A stretch of DNA of 64,000 bases from Herbidospora yilanensis. GTDB lineage: Bacteria; Actinomycetota; Actinomycetes; Streptosporangiales; Streptosporangiaceae. The position numbers were made by a program, and so were the translations under genes. The notes beneath the pieces were generated by a model that ran no database searches, was not told the origin of the DNA, and saw nothing but the letters and a program-made list of their open reading frames with translations. Below are positions 18,020 to 29,200 of the stretch, piece by piece (position 1 is the first letter of the stretch; every line of letters begins with the position of its first letter). The stretch spans positions 264,984-328,983 of the forward strand of contig NZ_BBXE01000013.1 in assembly GCF_001570565.1 (NCBI RefSeq), read 5' to 3'.

Positions 18020-19548
18020 TCGGCCTTGCCGTTGGCGTGCCGTCTCACCTGGGCGGCTCTGATGAACTCCTTCGGCACCTTGAACCCGGCGAGCCGGGCG
18101 GCGCACGCGTTCTTGAGCGCGGCGTCGTCCGGTTCCCCGGGTTCCCGCGTCTGTACGACGGCCACGACCTCCTGCCCCCACCTCTCGCTGGGCCGCCCGA
18201 CCACCAGGGCGTCGACCACGCCCTCGACCTCGCGCAGGACGCCCTCCACCTCCTCCGCGAAGACCTTCTCCCCCGCCGTGTTGATGACGGTGGCCTCCCG
18301 GCCGCGCAGGTCGACGGTGCCGTCCGCCCGCCAGACCGCCCGGTCGCCGGGGATGGCGTATCTGACCCCGTCCACCGTGCGGAAGGTGCGGGCGGTCTTC
18401 TCGGGGTCGCCCAGGTAGCCGAGCGGGATCGGGCCCGAGCGGGCCAGCCAGCCCTCCTCCGGGTCGCCGGGGGACAGGACGCGGGTCTGGTCGGCGCTCA
18501 GCACGACCGTCCACGGGCCGGCCTCGAAGCTGCCGCCGTCCATGCGCACGGCCGAGTTGCCGGTCTCGGAGGAGCCGAGGGTGTCGACGGTCCGCACGCC
18601 CGGGATCAGCTCGGCCAGGCGGGCGCGCAGGGCCTCTCCCAGGAAGGCCCCGCTCGTGCCGATCATGCCGAGCCTCAGGTCGTACACCCGGCTCTGGAGC
18701 TCTTCCACCAGGGGTCGGGCGAAGGCGTCGCCGACGATGACCGTGCCGGTGACGCGCTCGCGTTCGAGGGTGGCCAGCAGGCTCGGGCCGTCGAAGCGGT
18801 CGACGCGGTCGGCGATGACGACGGTCGAGCCCAGGCACCAGCCGTTGAGGGTGAACCAGACGCCGGTGCCGTGCATGAGGGGCGCGGCGGGGAGGATGCG
18901 GCGGCGGCTGGCGGCGGCGTGCTCGACCAGGGCGGCCAGCGACGGGAACGGCGAGCCGTCTCTGCGGCGCACGCCCACCGGGCCGTCGAGCAGGTCGCCG
19001 ATCCGCCAGACGACGCCTTTGGGCATGCCGGTCGTGCCGCCGGTGTAGATGACGTGGTGGTCGTCGGGCGACGGGGTCGCCGGCACCGGTTCGGGCGACG
19101 CGGCGGCCAGCGCCTCCTCGTAGGGGAGGGCTCCGGGCGCCAGGGGGTGGCCCGAGTCGTCCGCGACCTGGAGCAGGAGGGCCGACGGCGGCGCCACCTT
19201 CGCGACGAGCGGCGCGAAGGCGGCGTGGAAGACGACGACGGCCGGTCCGGCGTCGGCGAACAGGTAGGCCAGTTCGTCGGCCGTGTAGCGGTAGTTGACG
19301 TTGAACGGGGTCACCCGGGCCTTGTGGGCGCCGAGCAGGGCCTCCAGGTATTCGGGGCCGTTGTGCAGGTAGACGGCCATCCGCGCGCCGGGGCCGAGCC
19401 CTCGCGCGTGCAGCAGGTTGCCGAGCCGCCGGGTGCGCTCGGTCGTCTCCCGCCACGAACAGCGCCGGTCGCGCCACACCAGGCACTCCCGGTCGGGAAC
19501 CGCCGCCGCGATCGCCTCATGCAGCGTGGCCAGGTCGAACTGGGTCAC
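17992..19548 (-). CDS. Acyl-CoA synthetase / AMP-dependent ligase (FadD-like)
   Basis: AMP-binding motif IYTGGTTGMPKGV, then GSSETG, and C-terminal KVPKEF...NGKADY. GTG start. The convergent overlap with the MFS gene is 28 nt. Confidence 0.85.
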   Translation of the reverse strand: MTQFDLATLHEAIAAAVPDRECLVWRDRRCSWRETTERTRRLGNLLHARGLGPGARMAVYLHNGPEYLEALLGAHKARVTPFNVNYRYTADELAYLFADAGPAVVVFHAAFAPLVAKVAPPSALLLQVADDSGHPLAPGALPYEEALAAASPEPVPATPSPDDHHVIYTGGTTGMPKGVVWRIGDLLDGPVGVRRRDGSPFPSLAALVEHAAASRRRILPAAPLMHGTGVWFTLNGWCLGSTVVIADRVDRFDGPSLLATLERERVTGTVIVGDAFARPLVEELQSRVYDLRLGMIGTSGAFLGEALRARLAELIPGVRTVDTLGSSETGNSAVRMDGGSFEAGPWTVVLSADQTRVLSPGDPEEGWLARSGPIPLGYLGDPEKTARTFRTVDGVRYAIPGDRAVWRADGTVDLRGREATVINTAGEKVFAEEVEGVLREVEGVVDALVVGRPSERWGQEVVAVVQTREPGEPDDAALKNACAARLAGFKVPKEFIRAAQVRRHANGKADYAWARSTV

Positions 19549-19692
19549 CGGACGCCCTCCAGAACAATAGTCCAGAACAATCGTCGGCGACCATTCTCAC
19601 ACAAACCGCATGTGTGATTACTTTCGCCCATATGGGTATGAATGTCACCGATGACACACATAGCGTCATCAGAGCCACTTTCGGGGGAAAAT

Positions 19693-19929
19693 ATGGCTGA
19701 AATGCCTCAGAAGCGCCAGCCCAAGGTCTCGGGCAAGGCCAAGCGCGCCACCATCAAGGACCAGCGTGCGGCCAAGCAGGAGAAGCGTGAGGGCGGCGAC
19801 GGCCGTCCCGAGCGTGAGGGCATGGGGGGCGGTTCGATGGGCAACCGCATGGGCAGCGGGGAGCGCCAGCAGCCGGGGCACTCCACGCAGCAGCAGCATC
19901 AGCAGCGCCAGGGTGGTCAGCACCACTGA
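19693..19929 (+). CDS. Small, very hydrophilic Lys/Gln/Gly-rich protein (hypothetical)
   Basis: MAEMPQKRQPKVSGKAKRATIKDQRAAKQEKREGG... lies in track ORF 19642..19929. I chose the start after GGGGAAAAT. The low-complexity sequence makes this a weak call. Confidence 0.35.
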   Translation: MAEMPQKRQPKVSGKAKRATIKDQRAAKQEKREGGDGRPEREGMGGGSMGNRMGSGERQQPGHSTQQQHQQRQGGQHH

Positions 19930-20015
19930 CCCGCATAGTGGGGGTCTGAGGTGAAGGCTCGGGGAAGGGGGCGACCCGTTCCCCGAGCCTGTTCTGCTTT
20001 CTCAGGGAGGGACGG

Positions 20016-23000
20016 ATGGCCGGCTATCTGCGCTTTCCCACCATCTTCCGCGACGTGGTGGTGTTCGCCGCCGAAGACGACCTCTGGATGGTCCACGCCG
20101 ACGGCGGCCGGGCCTTCCGGCTGACCGCCGGGGTCGCCGAGGCCGCCTACCCGCGCCTGTCCCCCGACGGCACCCAGATCGCCTTCGTCGGCCGCGAGGA
20201 GGGGCCCGAGGAGGTGTACGTCATGCCCGCCGACGGCGGCGCCGCCGAACGCCTCACCTTTCACGGCGCCGACTGCCAGGTCACCGGCTGGGATCCGCAC
20301 GGCGCGATCGTCTACACCAGCGACGAGGGCCAGCCCTTCCACGGCTACCGCTGGCTGCACCGGGTCGTCCCGGGAGGCGTGCCGGAGCCGCTGCCGTACG
20401 GCCCCGCCTCCGCCATCACCTACGGCCCCGGCGGCATCGTGCTCGGCCGCAACACCTCCGACCCGGCCCGCTGGAAGCGCTACCGGGGCGGCACGGTCGG
20501 CGACCTGTGGATCGGCGCGCGGCGGTTCCGCCGCCTGATCGCCCTGCCGGGCAACCTCGCCTCGCCCTGCTGGGTCGGCGACCGCGTCTTCTTCCTGTCC
20601 GACCACGAGGGCGTCGGCAACGTCTACTCGTGCTCCCCCGACGGCGGCGACCTGCGCCGGCACACCGACCACAACGACTACTACGCCCGCAACCTGTCCT
20701 CCGACGGGCGGCGGCTGGTCTACCACTGCGGCGCCGAACTGTTCCTGCTCGACCCCGGCGCCGACGAGCCGCGCCGCGTCGACGTGCGGCTCGGCAGTTC
20801 GCTGACCCAGCGCAACCGCCGGTTCGTGCCGGCGGCGGGCTTCCTCGACAGCGCGACCCTCAGCCCCGACGGCTCCCGGCTGGCCGTCACGACCCGGGGC
20901 AAGGCCTTCTCGTTCGCCTGCTGGGAGGGGCCCGTGCTCCAGCACGGCGAGCCCGACGGCGTCCGCTACCGGTTCCTGACCTGGCTCGACGACGACGGCG
21001 AACGGCTGGTCGCGGCGGCCAGCGACGACGGCGACCGCGAGGTGCTGGTCGTGTTGTCCCACGACGGTCCGGTCCGGCTCGACGACGCCGACACCGGGCG
21101 GATCACCGAACTGGAGGTCTCCCCCGGGGGCGACCGGATCGCCGTCACCAACCACCGCAACGAGCTCCTGGTCGTCGAACTGCACGACGACGGGGCGACG
21201 GTGACCGAGGTGGAGGCCAGCCCGTTCGGCGCGATCGAGGACCCGGCGTGGTCGCCCGACGGGACCTGGCTGGCCTACGCGTGCCCGGTGGCCCGGCAGA
21301 CCACGATCATCAAGCTGTTCAACGCCGAGACCGGCGAGATCGCCCCCGCGACCGACCCCGTGCTGGTCGACCGGCGGCCCGCCTTCGACCCCGAGGGCCG
21401 CTACCTGTACTTCATCGGGCAGCGGGTGTTCAACCCGGTCTACGACGAGCTCCAGTTCGACCTGGGTTTCCCGATGGGCACCCGCCCCTACGCCGTCGCG
21501 CTGCGCGAGGGCATCGGGTCGCCCTTCGTGCCGGAGCCCCGGCCGCTCGACCACGAGGACTCCGAGGAGCCCGACTTCGAGATCCACACCGAGGGGCTGA
21601 CCCGCCGGATCGTGGCCTTCCCCGTCGACGAGAACCGCTACCAGCGGATCGCCGGGCTCAAGGGCAAGGTCATCTACACGACGACCCCGGTGGTCGGCGA
21701 CCACGGGTCCACCCTGCACTGCTACGAGTACGCCAAGCAGAAGGCCGAGGAGCTCGTCTCCGACCTGGCCGACTTCAGCCTCGGCCGCGACCACTCGACC
21801 CTGCTCTACCGGTCGGGCGACCGGCTGCGCGTCATCAAGGCCGGGGAGTCGCCGTCGGAGGACGACGAGACCGACCGCAACGACGGCTGGATCGACCTCG
21901 ACCGCGTGAAGGTGTCGGTCGCGCCCGAGGCGGAGTGGCGGCAGATGTTCCGCGAGGCGTGGCGGCTCCAGCGCGAGAACTTCTGGGACGAGGACATGGC
22001 CGGCATCGACTGGGACGGCGTCTACGCCCGCTACCTGCCGCTGGTCGACCGGGTCGGCACCCGGGGCGAGTTCTCCGACCTGCTGTGGGAGCTGCTCGGC
22101 GAACTCGGCACCTCCCACGCCTTCGAGTCAGGCGGCGAATACCGCGACCGCCCCCACTACTGGCAGGGCAAACTCGGCGTCGACTGGCTGTACGAGGACG
22201 GCCGCTACATCATCGGCCGCATCGTCACCGGCGACCCCTGGGACCCGCTCGCGACCTCGCCGCTGAACCGCCTCGGGGTCGACGTGGCCCCCGGCGACGT
22301 CGTGGCCGCCATCAACGGGATGCCCGTCGGCCCGGACGCCTCACCCGGGCGGCTGCTGGTGAACCTCGCCGACGAGGAGGTCGAGCTGACCATCGAGCGC
22401 GACGACGAATACCACCTCGTGGTCGTCCGGGCCCTGTGCGACGAGCAGCCGGCCCGCTACCGCGACTGGGTCGACGCCAACCGCCGCCTCGTCCACGAGC
22501 ACACCTCCGGCCGGGTCGGCTACGTCCACGTCCCCGACATGGGCCCGGAGGGCTTCGCCGAGTTCCACCGGGGCTTCCTGACCGAGTACGACCGCGAGGC
22601 CCTCATCGTCGACGTGCGCTTCAACGGCGGGGGGAACGTGTCGGCGCTGCTGCTGGAGAAGTTGTCGCGGCGGCGGCTCGGCTACGACTTCCCGCGCTGG
22701 GGCGTGCCGGCGCCCTACCCCGACGAGTCGCCCCGCGGCCCCATCGTGGGCCTCACGAACGAGTGGGCCGGGTCCGACGGCGACATCTTCTGCCACACCT
22801 TCAAACTGCTCGGGCTGGGCACGCTGGTCGGGCGGCGCACGTGGGGCGGGGTCGTCGGGGTCTGGCCCCGCCACCGCCTGGCCGACGGGACGCTGACCAC
22901 GCAGCCCGAGTTCTCCTTCGCCTTCGACGACGTCGGCTGGCGGGTGGAGAACTACGGCGCCGACCCCGACGTGGAGGTCGACATCACCCCGCAGGAGTAC

Positions 23001-23183
23001 GCGATGGGGGTCGACGCCCAGTTGGAGCGGGCCGTCGAGATCGCCCTCGACCACCTCGACCGGACCCCCGCCCACACCGCCAACCCGGCCGACCGCCCCC
23101 GCCGGGTGGTGCCCACACTGCCGCCCCGGGTGGCCGCCTGGCGGGAAAGCGACGATCGCCGTGGTCGGGGTCGGCTAGCGTAG
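20016..23183 (+). CDS. Tricorn protease homologue (S41-family, beta-propeller + PDZ + peptidase)
   Basis: [23 protein letters not shown]...[13 protein letters not shown], with the C-terminal S41 region GYVHVPDM...RFNGGGNVS...[11 protein letters not shown]. Confidence 0.85.
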   Translation: MAGYLRFPTIFRDVVVFAAEDDLWMVHADGGRAFRLTAGVAEAAYPRLSPDGTQIAFVGREEGPEEVYVMPADGGAAERLTFHGADCQVTGWDPHGAIVYTSDEGQPFHGYRWLHRVVPGGVPEPLPYGPASAITYGPGGIVLGRNTSDPARWKRYRGGTVGDLWIGARRFRRLIALPGNLASPCWVGDRVFFLSDHEGVGNVYSCSPDGGDLRRHTDHNDYYARNLSSDGRRLVYHCGAELFLLDPGADEPRRVDVRLGSSLTQRNRRFVPAAGFLDSATLSPDGSRLAVTTRGKAFSFACWEGPVLQHGEPDGVRYRFLTWLDDDGERLVAAASDDGDREVLVVLSHDGPVRLDDADTGRITELEVSPGGDRIAVTNHRNELLVVELHDDGATVTEVEASPFGAIEDPAWSPDGTWLAYACPVARQTTIIKLFNAETGEIAPATDPVLVDRRPAFDPEGRYLYFIGQRVFNPVYDELQFDLGFPMGTRPYAVALREGIGSPFVPEPRPLDHEDSEEPDFEIHTEGLTRRIVAFPVDENRYQRIAGLKGKVIYTTTPVVGDHGSTLHCYEYAKQKAEELVSDLADFSLGRDHSTLLYRSGDRLRVIKAGESPSEDDETDRNDGWIDLDRVKVSVAPEAEWRQMFREAWRLQRENFWDEDMAGIDWDGVYARYLPLVDRVGTRGEFSDLLWELLGELGTSHAFESGGEYRDRPHYWQGKLGVDWLYEDGRYIIGRIVTGDPWDPLATSPLNRLGVDVAPGDVVAAINGMPVGPDASPGRLLVNLADEEVELTIERDDEYHLVVVRALCDEQPARYRDWVDANRRLVHEHTSGRVGYVHVPDMGPEGFAEFHRGFLTEYDREALIVDVRFNGGGNVSALLLEKLSRRRLGYDFPRWGVPAPYPDESPRGPIVGLTNEWAGSDGDIFCHTFKLLGLGTLVGRRTWGGVVGVWPRHRLADGTLTTQPEFSFAFDDVGWRVENYGADPDVEVDITPQEYAMGVDAQLERAVEIALDHLDRTPAHTANPADRPRRVVPTLPPRVAAWRESDDRRGRGRLA

Positions 23184-23188
23184 GCCGG

Positions 23189-24073
23189 GTGCCGCGCCTG
23201 CTACTCGTATCCCTGCTCTTGGTGACCGCCTGCTCTCCCGCGCCCGGTGGCGACGCGGCCGTCGGGAAGACGACGGTCGTGAAGACGGCCGTCGAGAAGG
23301 CGGCCCCGGCGAAGACCGCGCCGAAGCCGGTCAGCGTGCCCTCCGGTGTCACGACCGGCTATGTCGTGTACGACCGCGTCCAGAAGAAGATCACGGTCAG
23401 CAGGAACCCCCACAAACGATTCCGGTCCGCCTCCGTCGTGAAGCTGATGATCGCCATCGACCACCTGGAGCGGGTGCGGAAGCCCGACCTGGCCCTGCTC
23501 AAGCCGATGCTGCGGGTCAGCGACGACAACGCGGCGACGAGGCTCTGGTCGCTCGGCGGCCAGGGGAAGATCATCCAGCGGGTCGCGAAGAAGCTGAGGC
23601 TGACCGACTCGGGGCCGCCCCCGGCCGGCAAGCCCGGCTTCTGGGGCTACACCGCGATCAGCGCGCTCGACATCGCCAAGGTCTACCGCTACATCCTCGA
23701 AGAGGCCTCGCCCGCGGTCCGGAACACGATCATGGGCCACCTGCGGCAGGCCGGGCCCTGCGGCAGCGACGGCTTCGACCAATACTTCGGCATCCCACGC
23801 GGCGTCGCCCGGCCGTGGGCGGTGAAGCAGGGCTGGTCGGGCTACGGCTCGGTCCCGCCGGTCCGCTGCACGGGCAACGGCTCGACGGCCTTCTACCAGG
23901 CGCCGGCCCCGGTCGACTTCCGCAACGCCGTGCTGCACACCACCGGCGTCGTCGGCGCGGGCGACCGCTACATCGAGGTCGTCCTGACCACCCAGACCTC
24001 CCGCTGGTCCGACTCCGTCACGAAGATCACCCGGCTGGCCCGGGACGTCCACCGGGCGGCCCTCGCCCGATGA
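23189..24073 (+). CDS. Lipoprotein, serine hydrolase (class A beta-lactamase-like fold)
   Basis: GTG 23189 is in frame with the tail of track ORF 20507..24073. The lipobox is LLLVTAC and the S-x-x-K motif is SASVVK. Confidence 0.55.
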   Translation: MPRLLLVSLLLVTACSPAPGGDAAVGKTTVVKTAVEKAAPAKTAPKPVSVPSGVTTGYVVYDRVQKKITVSRNPHKRFRSASVVKLMIAIDHLERVRKPDLALLKPMLRVSDDNAATRLWSLGGQGKIIQRVAKKLRLTDSGPPPAGKPGFWGYTAISALDIAKVYRYILEEASPAVRNTIMGHLRQAGPCGSDGFDQYFGIPRGVARPWAVKQGWSGYGSVPPVRCTGNGSTAFYQAPAPVDFRNAVLHTTGVVGAGDRYIEVVLTTQTSRWSDSVTKITRLARDVHRAALAR

Positions 24074-25104
24074 GACTGGGACGACGGGTCGCCGAGGCGG
24101 CCGAGATCGCGCTGGCGACCCGCAAATACGTGACGGTCGTCGACGTGCTGACGGGCCTGCGCTGGGTCCACCACCGCCACGTCGAAAGCTGGCGGCAGGG
24201 CCGGGCGGGCTCCCTGGAGGAACTCGCCGCCGTCGACGCCGCCCGCATGACCGACGCGGCGGCGCTGCTGGCCGAATGGGCGGGCGACAAGGGCCTGATC
24301 GCCGGAGAGACCGCCTACGTCTCCGGCAGCCGCGACCGCTCGGCGCTGCGCTTCACCCGCGACGGCTCCGAGGAGCAGGAGCGGAACTTCCACCGGCAGT
24401 GGATCAGCCCCGCGATGTCCGAGACGCGCCGCCGCCGCCTGGCCGAGACCCAGAACCGCCCGCCCGACCTGCGGGTACTGGTCTCCCAGGAGCCGTGGCG
24501 CTGCGCCGGCTGCCGCGACACCGGCCCCTACCTCATCATGGAAGACGCCTCGCCTCACTGCCTGACCTGCGCCGACATGGACCATCTGGTGATGCTCCCG
24601 GCCGGTAACGCGGCCCTCAGCCGCCGCGCCAAGAAGGAGAGCGGCCTGTCGGCCGTCGTCGTCGAATACAACCCGCGCCGCAAACGCTTCGAACGACGCG
24701 GCGTCCTCGTCGAGGAGGCCGCGCTCGCCCGCGCCGAGGAACTCTGCCTGGAAGACGAGGAACTCCGCGCCCGCCGCCGCGACCGCGACGCCGAACGCCG
24801 CGCCTGCCAGGACGTCGAGTTCCAGGCCCGGATGGCGGCCGAGATCCGGCGCCTGTTCCCGGGCTGCCCCCGCGCCGACGAGATCGCCGCCCACGCGGCG
24901 GTGCGCGGCAGCGGCCGTGTCGGACGCACGTCGGCGGCGAAGGTCCTCGACGAGTCGGCGATCACGCTGGCCGTGGTGGCGTCGGTCCGCCACAAGGACA
25001 CGGCCTACGACGAACTGCTGATGAAGGGCGTGCCCCGGATGACGGCCCGTGCCCAGATCAGGGACCGGATCGAGGCGGTCCTGGAGTCGTGGCGGGAGGG
25101 CTGA
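24070..25104 (+). CDS. DUF2293-like protein with an internal CxxC...CxxC region
   Basis: Starts at MRLGRRVAEAAEIALATRKYV, with an ATGA overlap on the upstream stop. The C-terminal part reads CPRADEIAAHAAVRGSGRVGRT...VRHKDTAYDELLMKGV. Confidence 0.6.
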   Translation: MRLGRRVAEAAEIALATRKYVTVVDVLTGLRWVHHRHVESWRQGRAGSLEELAAVDAARMTDAAALLAEWAGDKGLIAGETAYVSGSRDRSALRFTRDGSEEQERNFHRQWISPAMSETRRRRLAETQNRPPDLRVLVSQEPWRCAGCRDTGPYLIMEDASPHCLTCADMDHLVMLPAGNAALSRRAKKESGLSAVVVEYNPRRKRFERRGVLVEEAALARAEELCLEDEELRARRRDRDAERRACQDVEFQARMAAEIRRLFPGCPRADEIAAHAAVRGSGRVGRTSAAKVLDESAITLAVVASVRHKDTAYDELLMKGVPRMTARAQIRDRIEAVLESWREG

Positions 25105-25297
25105 GCCCGGCTCGGTGAGCGTTCGGGCGCCGGGCCTCGCGGTCGGCGCTGACGGTCCGCCTGCCGGTCACGAGCCGCCTCGTCCCCTGACCGAGCCGCC
25201 AAGGCTCCCGCCGTGACCGGTCGAGCCTGGTCTGCTCCGGAGCTGACCGGTCAGACGGACCTGACCCCGTCAGACCTGGGGGGAGGGCGCTCGTGCG

Positions 25298-26257
25298 TCA
25301 GCCTGCTCCGGACCTGACCCGGTCGAGCGCCTGTTCGGCCTCGGCGGCCAGGGTGGCGACGAGGTCCTCGGCCGAGGGGAGATCGCCGATGAGGTCGACG
25401 GCCTCCCCGGCCCAGACGGCGGGCGGGACGGCGCCGCTCGCCATGTCGTCCTTGGCGACCTGCCTGGTCTCCCCCGTGAGCTCGGCCTCTCTGCCGTGCC
25501 ATCGGTCGATGTACGGGTGGGCGAGACTCCGGCCGTCGTACTTCTCCGGCCAGTCGACGCCCTTGACGATGTCGAGCACGCTGCTGCGCTCGGTCTGCCC
25601 ACCCTGACTCTCGACGATGGCCGCGGTGATCGCGGGATCGACGATCGCCTCGGCGGTGGCCTGGAAGCGGGTGCCCAGCAGGGCCCCGGCCGCCCCGAGC
25701 ACCAGCGCGGCGGCCACCCCGCGCCCGTCGGCGATCCCCCCGGCCGCCAGCACCGGCGTATCGCCCGCCAGGTCGACGACGGTGGGCACGAACGGCAACG
25801 TCGAGCGGCCCCTCCGCGCGCCGTGGCCGCCGCTCTCGGTGCCCTGGACCACGATGACGTCGGCCCCGGCGTCCAAGGCCTGCTTCGCCTCGGTCAGGTC
25901 GGTGACCTGGATCATCAGCAGTGCCCCCGCCCGCCTGATCGGCTGCAGGAACGGGGTCGGGTCGCCGAACGACAACAGCACCGCCGCCGGGCCGAACTCC
26001 AGGGCGTATTCGACCCCGGCCACGTCGGCCGCCCAGCACACGAACCCGACGCCCCACGGTTCCCGGGTGCTGTGGGCGACGATCGGCAACTCCCGTTCGA
26101 GCCAGTCGCGGACCCCGAATCCGCCGCCCACGAACCCGAACCCGCCACCGCGCGACACGGCCGCCGCCAGCTCCCCACCGGCCGAGAAGGCCATGGGCGC
26201 GGACACGATCGGCTGCCGCACCCCGACCAACCTGGTGAAACTCGTCGTCAATGCCAT
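25298..26257 (-). CDS. NAD(P)H-dependent flavin oxidoreductase / nitronate monooxygenase family
   Basis: Begins MALTTSFTRLVGVRQPIVSAPM and contains VIVVQGTESGGHG and VLAAGGIADGRG. Confidence 0.85.
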   Translation of the reverse strand: MALTTSFTRLVGVRQPIVSAPMAFSAGGELAAAVSRGGGFGFVGGGFGVRDWLERELPIVAHSTREPWGVGFVCWAADVAGVEYALEFGPAAVLLSFGDPTPFLQPIRRAGALLMIQVTDLTEAKQALDAGADVIVVQGTESGGHGARRGRSTLPFVPTVVDLAGDTPVLAAGGIADGRGVAAALVLGAAGALLGTRFQATAEAIVDPAITAAIVESQGGQTERSSVLDIVKGVDWPEKYDGRSLAHPYIDRWHGREAELTGETRQVAKDDMASGAVPPAVWAGEAVDLIGDLPSAEDLVATLAAEAEQALDRVRSGAG

Positions 26258-26277
26258 GTGATCATCATGACCCGGCG

Positions 26278-29200
26278 TCATTCGGGTACCGAGTAGCGCT
26301 CCTCGATCGGTTCTCCGCCGCGCCTTCCGTCGTTGAGGGAGGTGATCGCGCCGCTGAGGCGGTCGGCCAGGTGGGTGATGGCGGAGACGGTTCGGGTCGT
26401 CGGGTCGTCGTCGTCGCCGCCCATCGCCTTCGCCCGGCGGTAGGCCGCCTTCACCTCCTCCCACCGGACCTTCTGCTCGTCCGTCAGCACCCCCCGCAGT
26501 TCCGCCAGCTTGAGCAGGTTCGCCTCCGCGCCGGAGGTGAGGGTCTGCGCCTCACCCAGGTAGTGGTCGTCGATGACGCCCTCCAGCTCGGCGTCGGTCA
26601 GCACCGGCACCACCCGCTGGGCGAGCTTGTTCATGTTCCGGTACGACCCCTGCAGCAGGAACGGCGGCTCGGTCCGGCTGGCGTCGGATTGGGCGGCCGA
26701 GGCGATGTAGGCCCGGTTGTTGGCCAGCACCACCTCCTGCAGCCGCAACATCTTCCGCAACACGCTGAGGATCTGGTCGAGTTCGACCGTGCTGTAGGGA
26801 TGCGAGAGCTGGTCGGCGCTGCCCTCGCCGCGCGCCAGCCGCACCAGCTTCTCGACCTCCCCGTGGTCGGACACCGGAGCCAGCACCGAGTTCGCCGTCA
26901 GCGCGTTCTCGATGTAACTCAACGCGAAAAGGTCGTCCTTGCCGCTCAGCACCTCGCCCAGGTTCCACACGTCGGCGCGGTTGGCCAGCATGTCGGGCAC
27001 CCGGAACACCTGGCCCGACTCGGTGTACGGGTTGCCGGCCATGCAGACCGCGAAGCGTTTGCCCCGCAGGTCATACGTCCGGGCCGTGCCGTTCCACACG
27101 CCTTCCATCCGCCGCTGCGCGTCGCACAGGGAGATGAACTTCTGCAAGAGCTCAGGGGAGGTGTGCTGGATGTCGTCCAGGTAGAGGAGCACGTTGCTGC
27201 CCATCTCCAGGGCGAAGGAGATCTTCTCCACCTCCGACCGGGAGGTCGCGTCGGGGGCGTCGGCGGGGTCGACCGAGGTCACCTCGTGCCCGAGGGCGGG
27301 ACCGTTGACCTTGACGAAGACCAGGCCCAGGCGGCTGGCGACGTACTCCATCAGGGTCGTCTTGCCGTATCCGGGCGGGGAGATCAGCAGCAGCAGGCCC
27401 ATCCCGTGGTCGAGCTGCTTGGCCAGGTTGTCGCCGATCAGCGGCAGGTACACCTGGTCGATCAGGGCGTTCCGGACGAAGGAGTCCATGACCTTGGGGC
27501 GGTATTCGTCCAGGCGCAGGCGTTTCTTCTCGGCGGCGACCAGTTCGGCGCGGCGGCGCTGGTAGTCCCGGTACGCCGGGACCCGCTCCGCCCGGAAGAT
27601 CCTGGTCCGGGCGAGGAACTCGTCGAGCCGGATCTCCATCGACCGCCCCCGGATGCGGGGGTGCGCGCCGAGCAGCCCTTCGACGACGCCGTCCAGCGTG
27701 GCGGCCGACTCGTAGCGCGGCAGGTCGCACAGCAGGAGCGAGACGACTTCCGGCGAGACCTCACCCTTGCCGAAGGCGGCCAGCCAGGCCCGCGCGAGCT
27801 GGATGCGGGCGGGCAGGTCCAGTGTCGACAGTTCGGCGGTGAACGCGGCGAAACGTTCGGGTCCGAGGGCTTCGCGGAAGGCGTCGAGGAAGGACCGGGC
27901 CGCCGTGGAGGTGACGAATCCCGCTGGCGGGGAGGCGAGTTCCTCGATCAGGTAGTCGGCGGCGAGGGAGGCGGGTCCGTCGAGACAACCATGGGCCTCG
28001 ATCGCCGAAGCGAGCTCCTCGGCCAGCGTGTTCAGCGCCTCGGTGCCACCGCCGAACAGTTCCCTGGCCCGAGTGAGGGACTGGGCCCTGATCTCCCACG
28101 TCGCCGAGGGGTTGCCGTGCGCCCAGAAGAACTGCGCCGTCGCGCGTGCCGACGGCAGGTGGCGCAGCAGGCCGGCCGAGGCGTGCAGGCGGGTCACGAC
28201 GTCGAGGATGCGCACGGTGTCGTGGTCGTGCACGCCGCGCTCGTAGCCCTCGTCGTAGCGTGACTCCGCGGCCCGTCGCACGGCCTCCGCGGGATCCCCT
28301 TCGACGGGGAACAACGACGCCGCCAGATATTCGGCCCGGTAGACCTCCGTCGTCTCCGACACGAGCAGTTGGTCCCAGAAGTGCCGGGTGTCGTCGAAGC
28401 CGGTCACGGGGGCGCGGTAGTCGGTGCCGGTGACGGCGAACGACAACGATCCCTCGTGGGGCACCAGGGTCAGGTCGAGCGGCTGGGTGTTGACGGCGAA
28501 CCGGTGGCGGCCCAGTTTGACCGTGTCGCCGTCGAACAGGTCGGTGCGGTCCTTGAGGGCGCGGCCGGCCTCCTGGCGGGCGGCGCGCACCCGGCCGTCG
28601 AGTTCGTCGGCGCGGACCGGATCGCCGAGTTCCCGCAGGTCGGCCGCCACCGCGCGGAGCTTCGCCACCATCGGGTCGGCGGCGAAGTAGGCGTTGACCT
28701 CGTCCAGCGAGGCCAGCGTCGCGGAGCGGCGGCGCACCGTGCCGAGGATGCGGTCGGCCGACTCGGCGAGGCGGTCGGCCCGCCGCGCCCGGTCGTCGAG
28801 GAGGGTCTGCTTGCGGGCCGAGAAGGCCTCGTAGACCTCTTCGCGTTTGCGTTCGAGCTGTGCGAGGAAGTCGTCGAACTCGCCGAAGCGCGACTCCAGG
28901 CCTTCGATCTGGAGCAGCAGCCGGCCGAGGCGCTCGTCGCACTTCTCGGGGGTGTCGGCGCCGGTCAGCCCGGCCGTCACGGCCTGGCCGAGGAGGCCGA
29001 ACTCGGCGGCGAACTCGGCCCGGCCCTCGGCGTCGAGCAGTTCGCGCCGCCGCGCGTCGAGGGTGGCGCGCACGCGGTTGATCTCGGCGAGGACCGCGCC
29101 GACCTTCTCCAGGATGACGGTACGGGCGGTCGCCTCGACCTCCAGCGTGCCGACCACCTCGATCAGCGCCTCCAGCCCGTCGGACTGGGCGGCCAGCCGC

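Noticed and set aside
16766-19617. Long ORFs 16766..19486 - and 17137..19617 +
   Set aside because: They are off-frame or antisense to the MFS transporter and acyl-CoA synthetase genes and have a homopolymer-like Arg/Pro/Gly composition.
19917-24073. ORFs 19917..22118 - and 20507..24073 + overlapping the tricorn protease gene
   Set aside because: They are shadow frames of the tricorn gene. Only the last 885 nt of the 20507..24073 frame (from GTG 23189) form a plausible separate lipoprotein gene.
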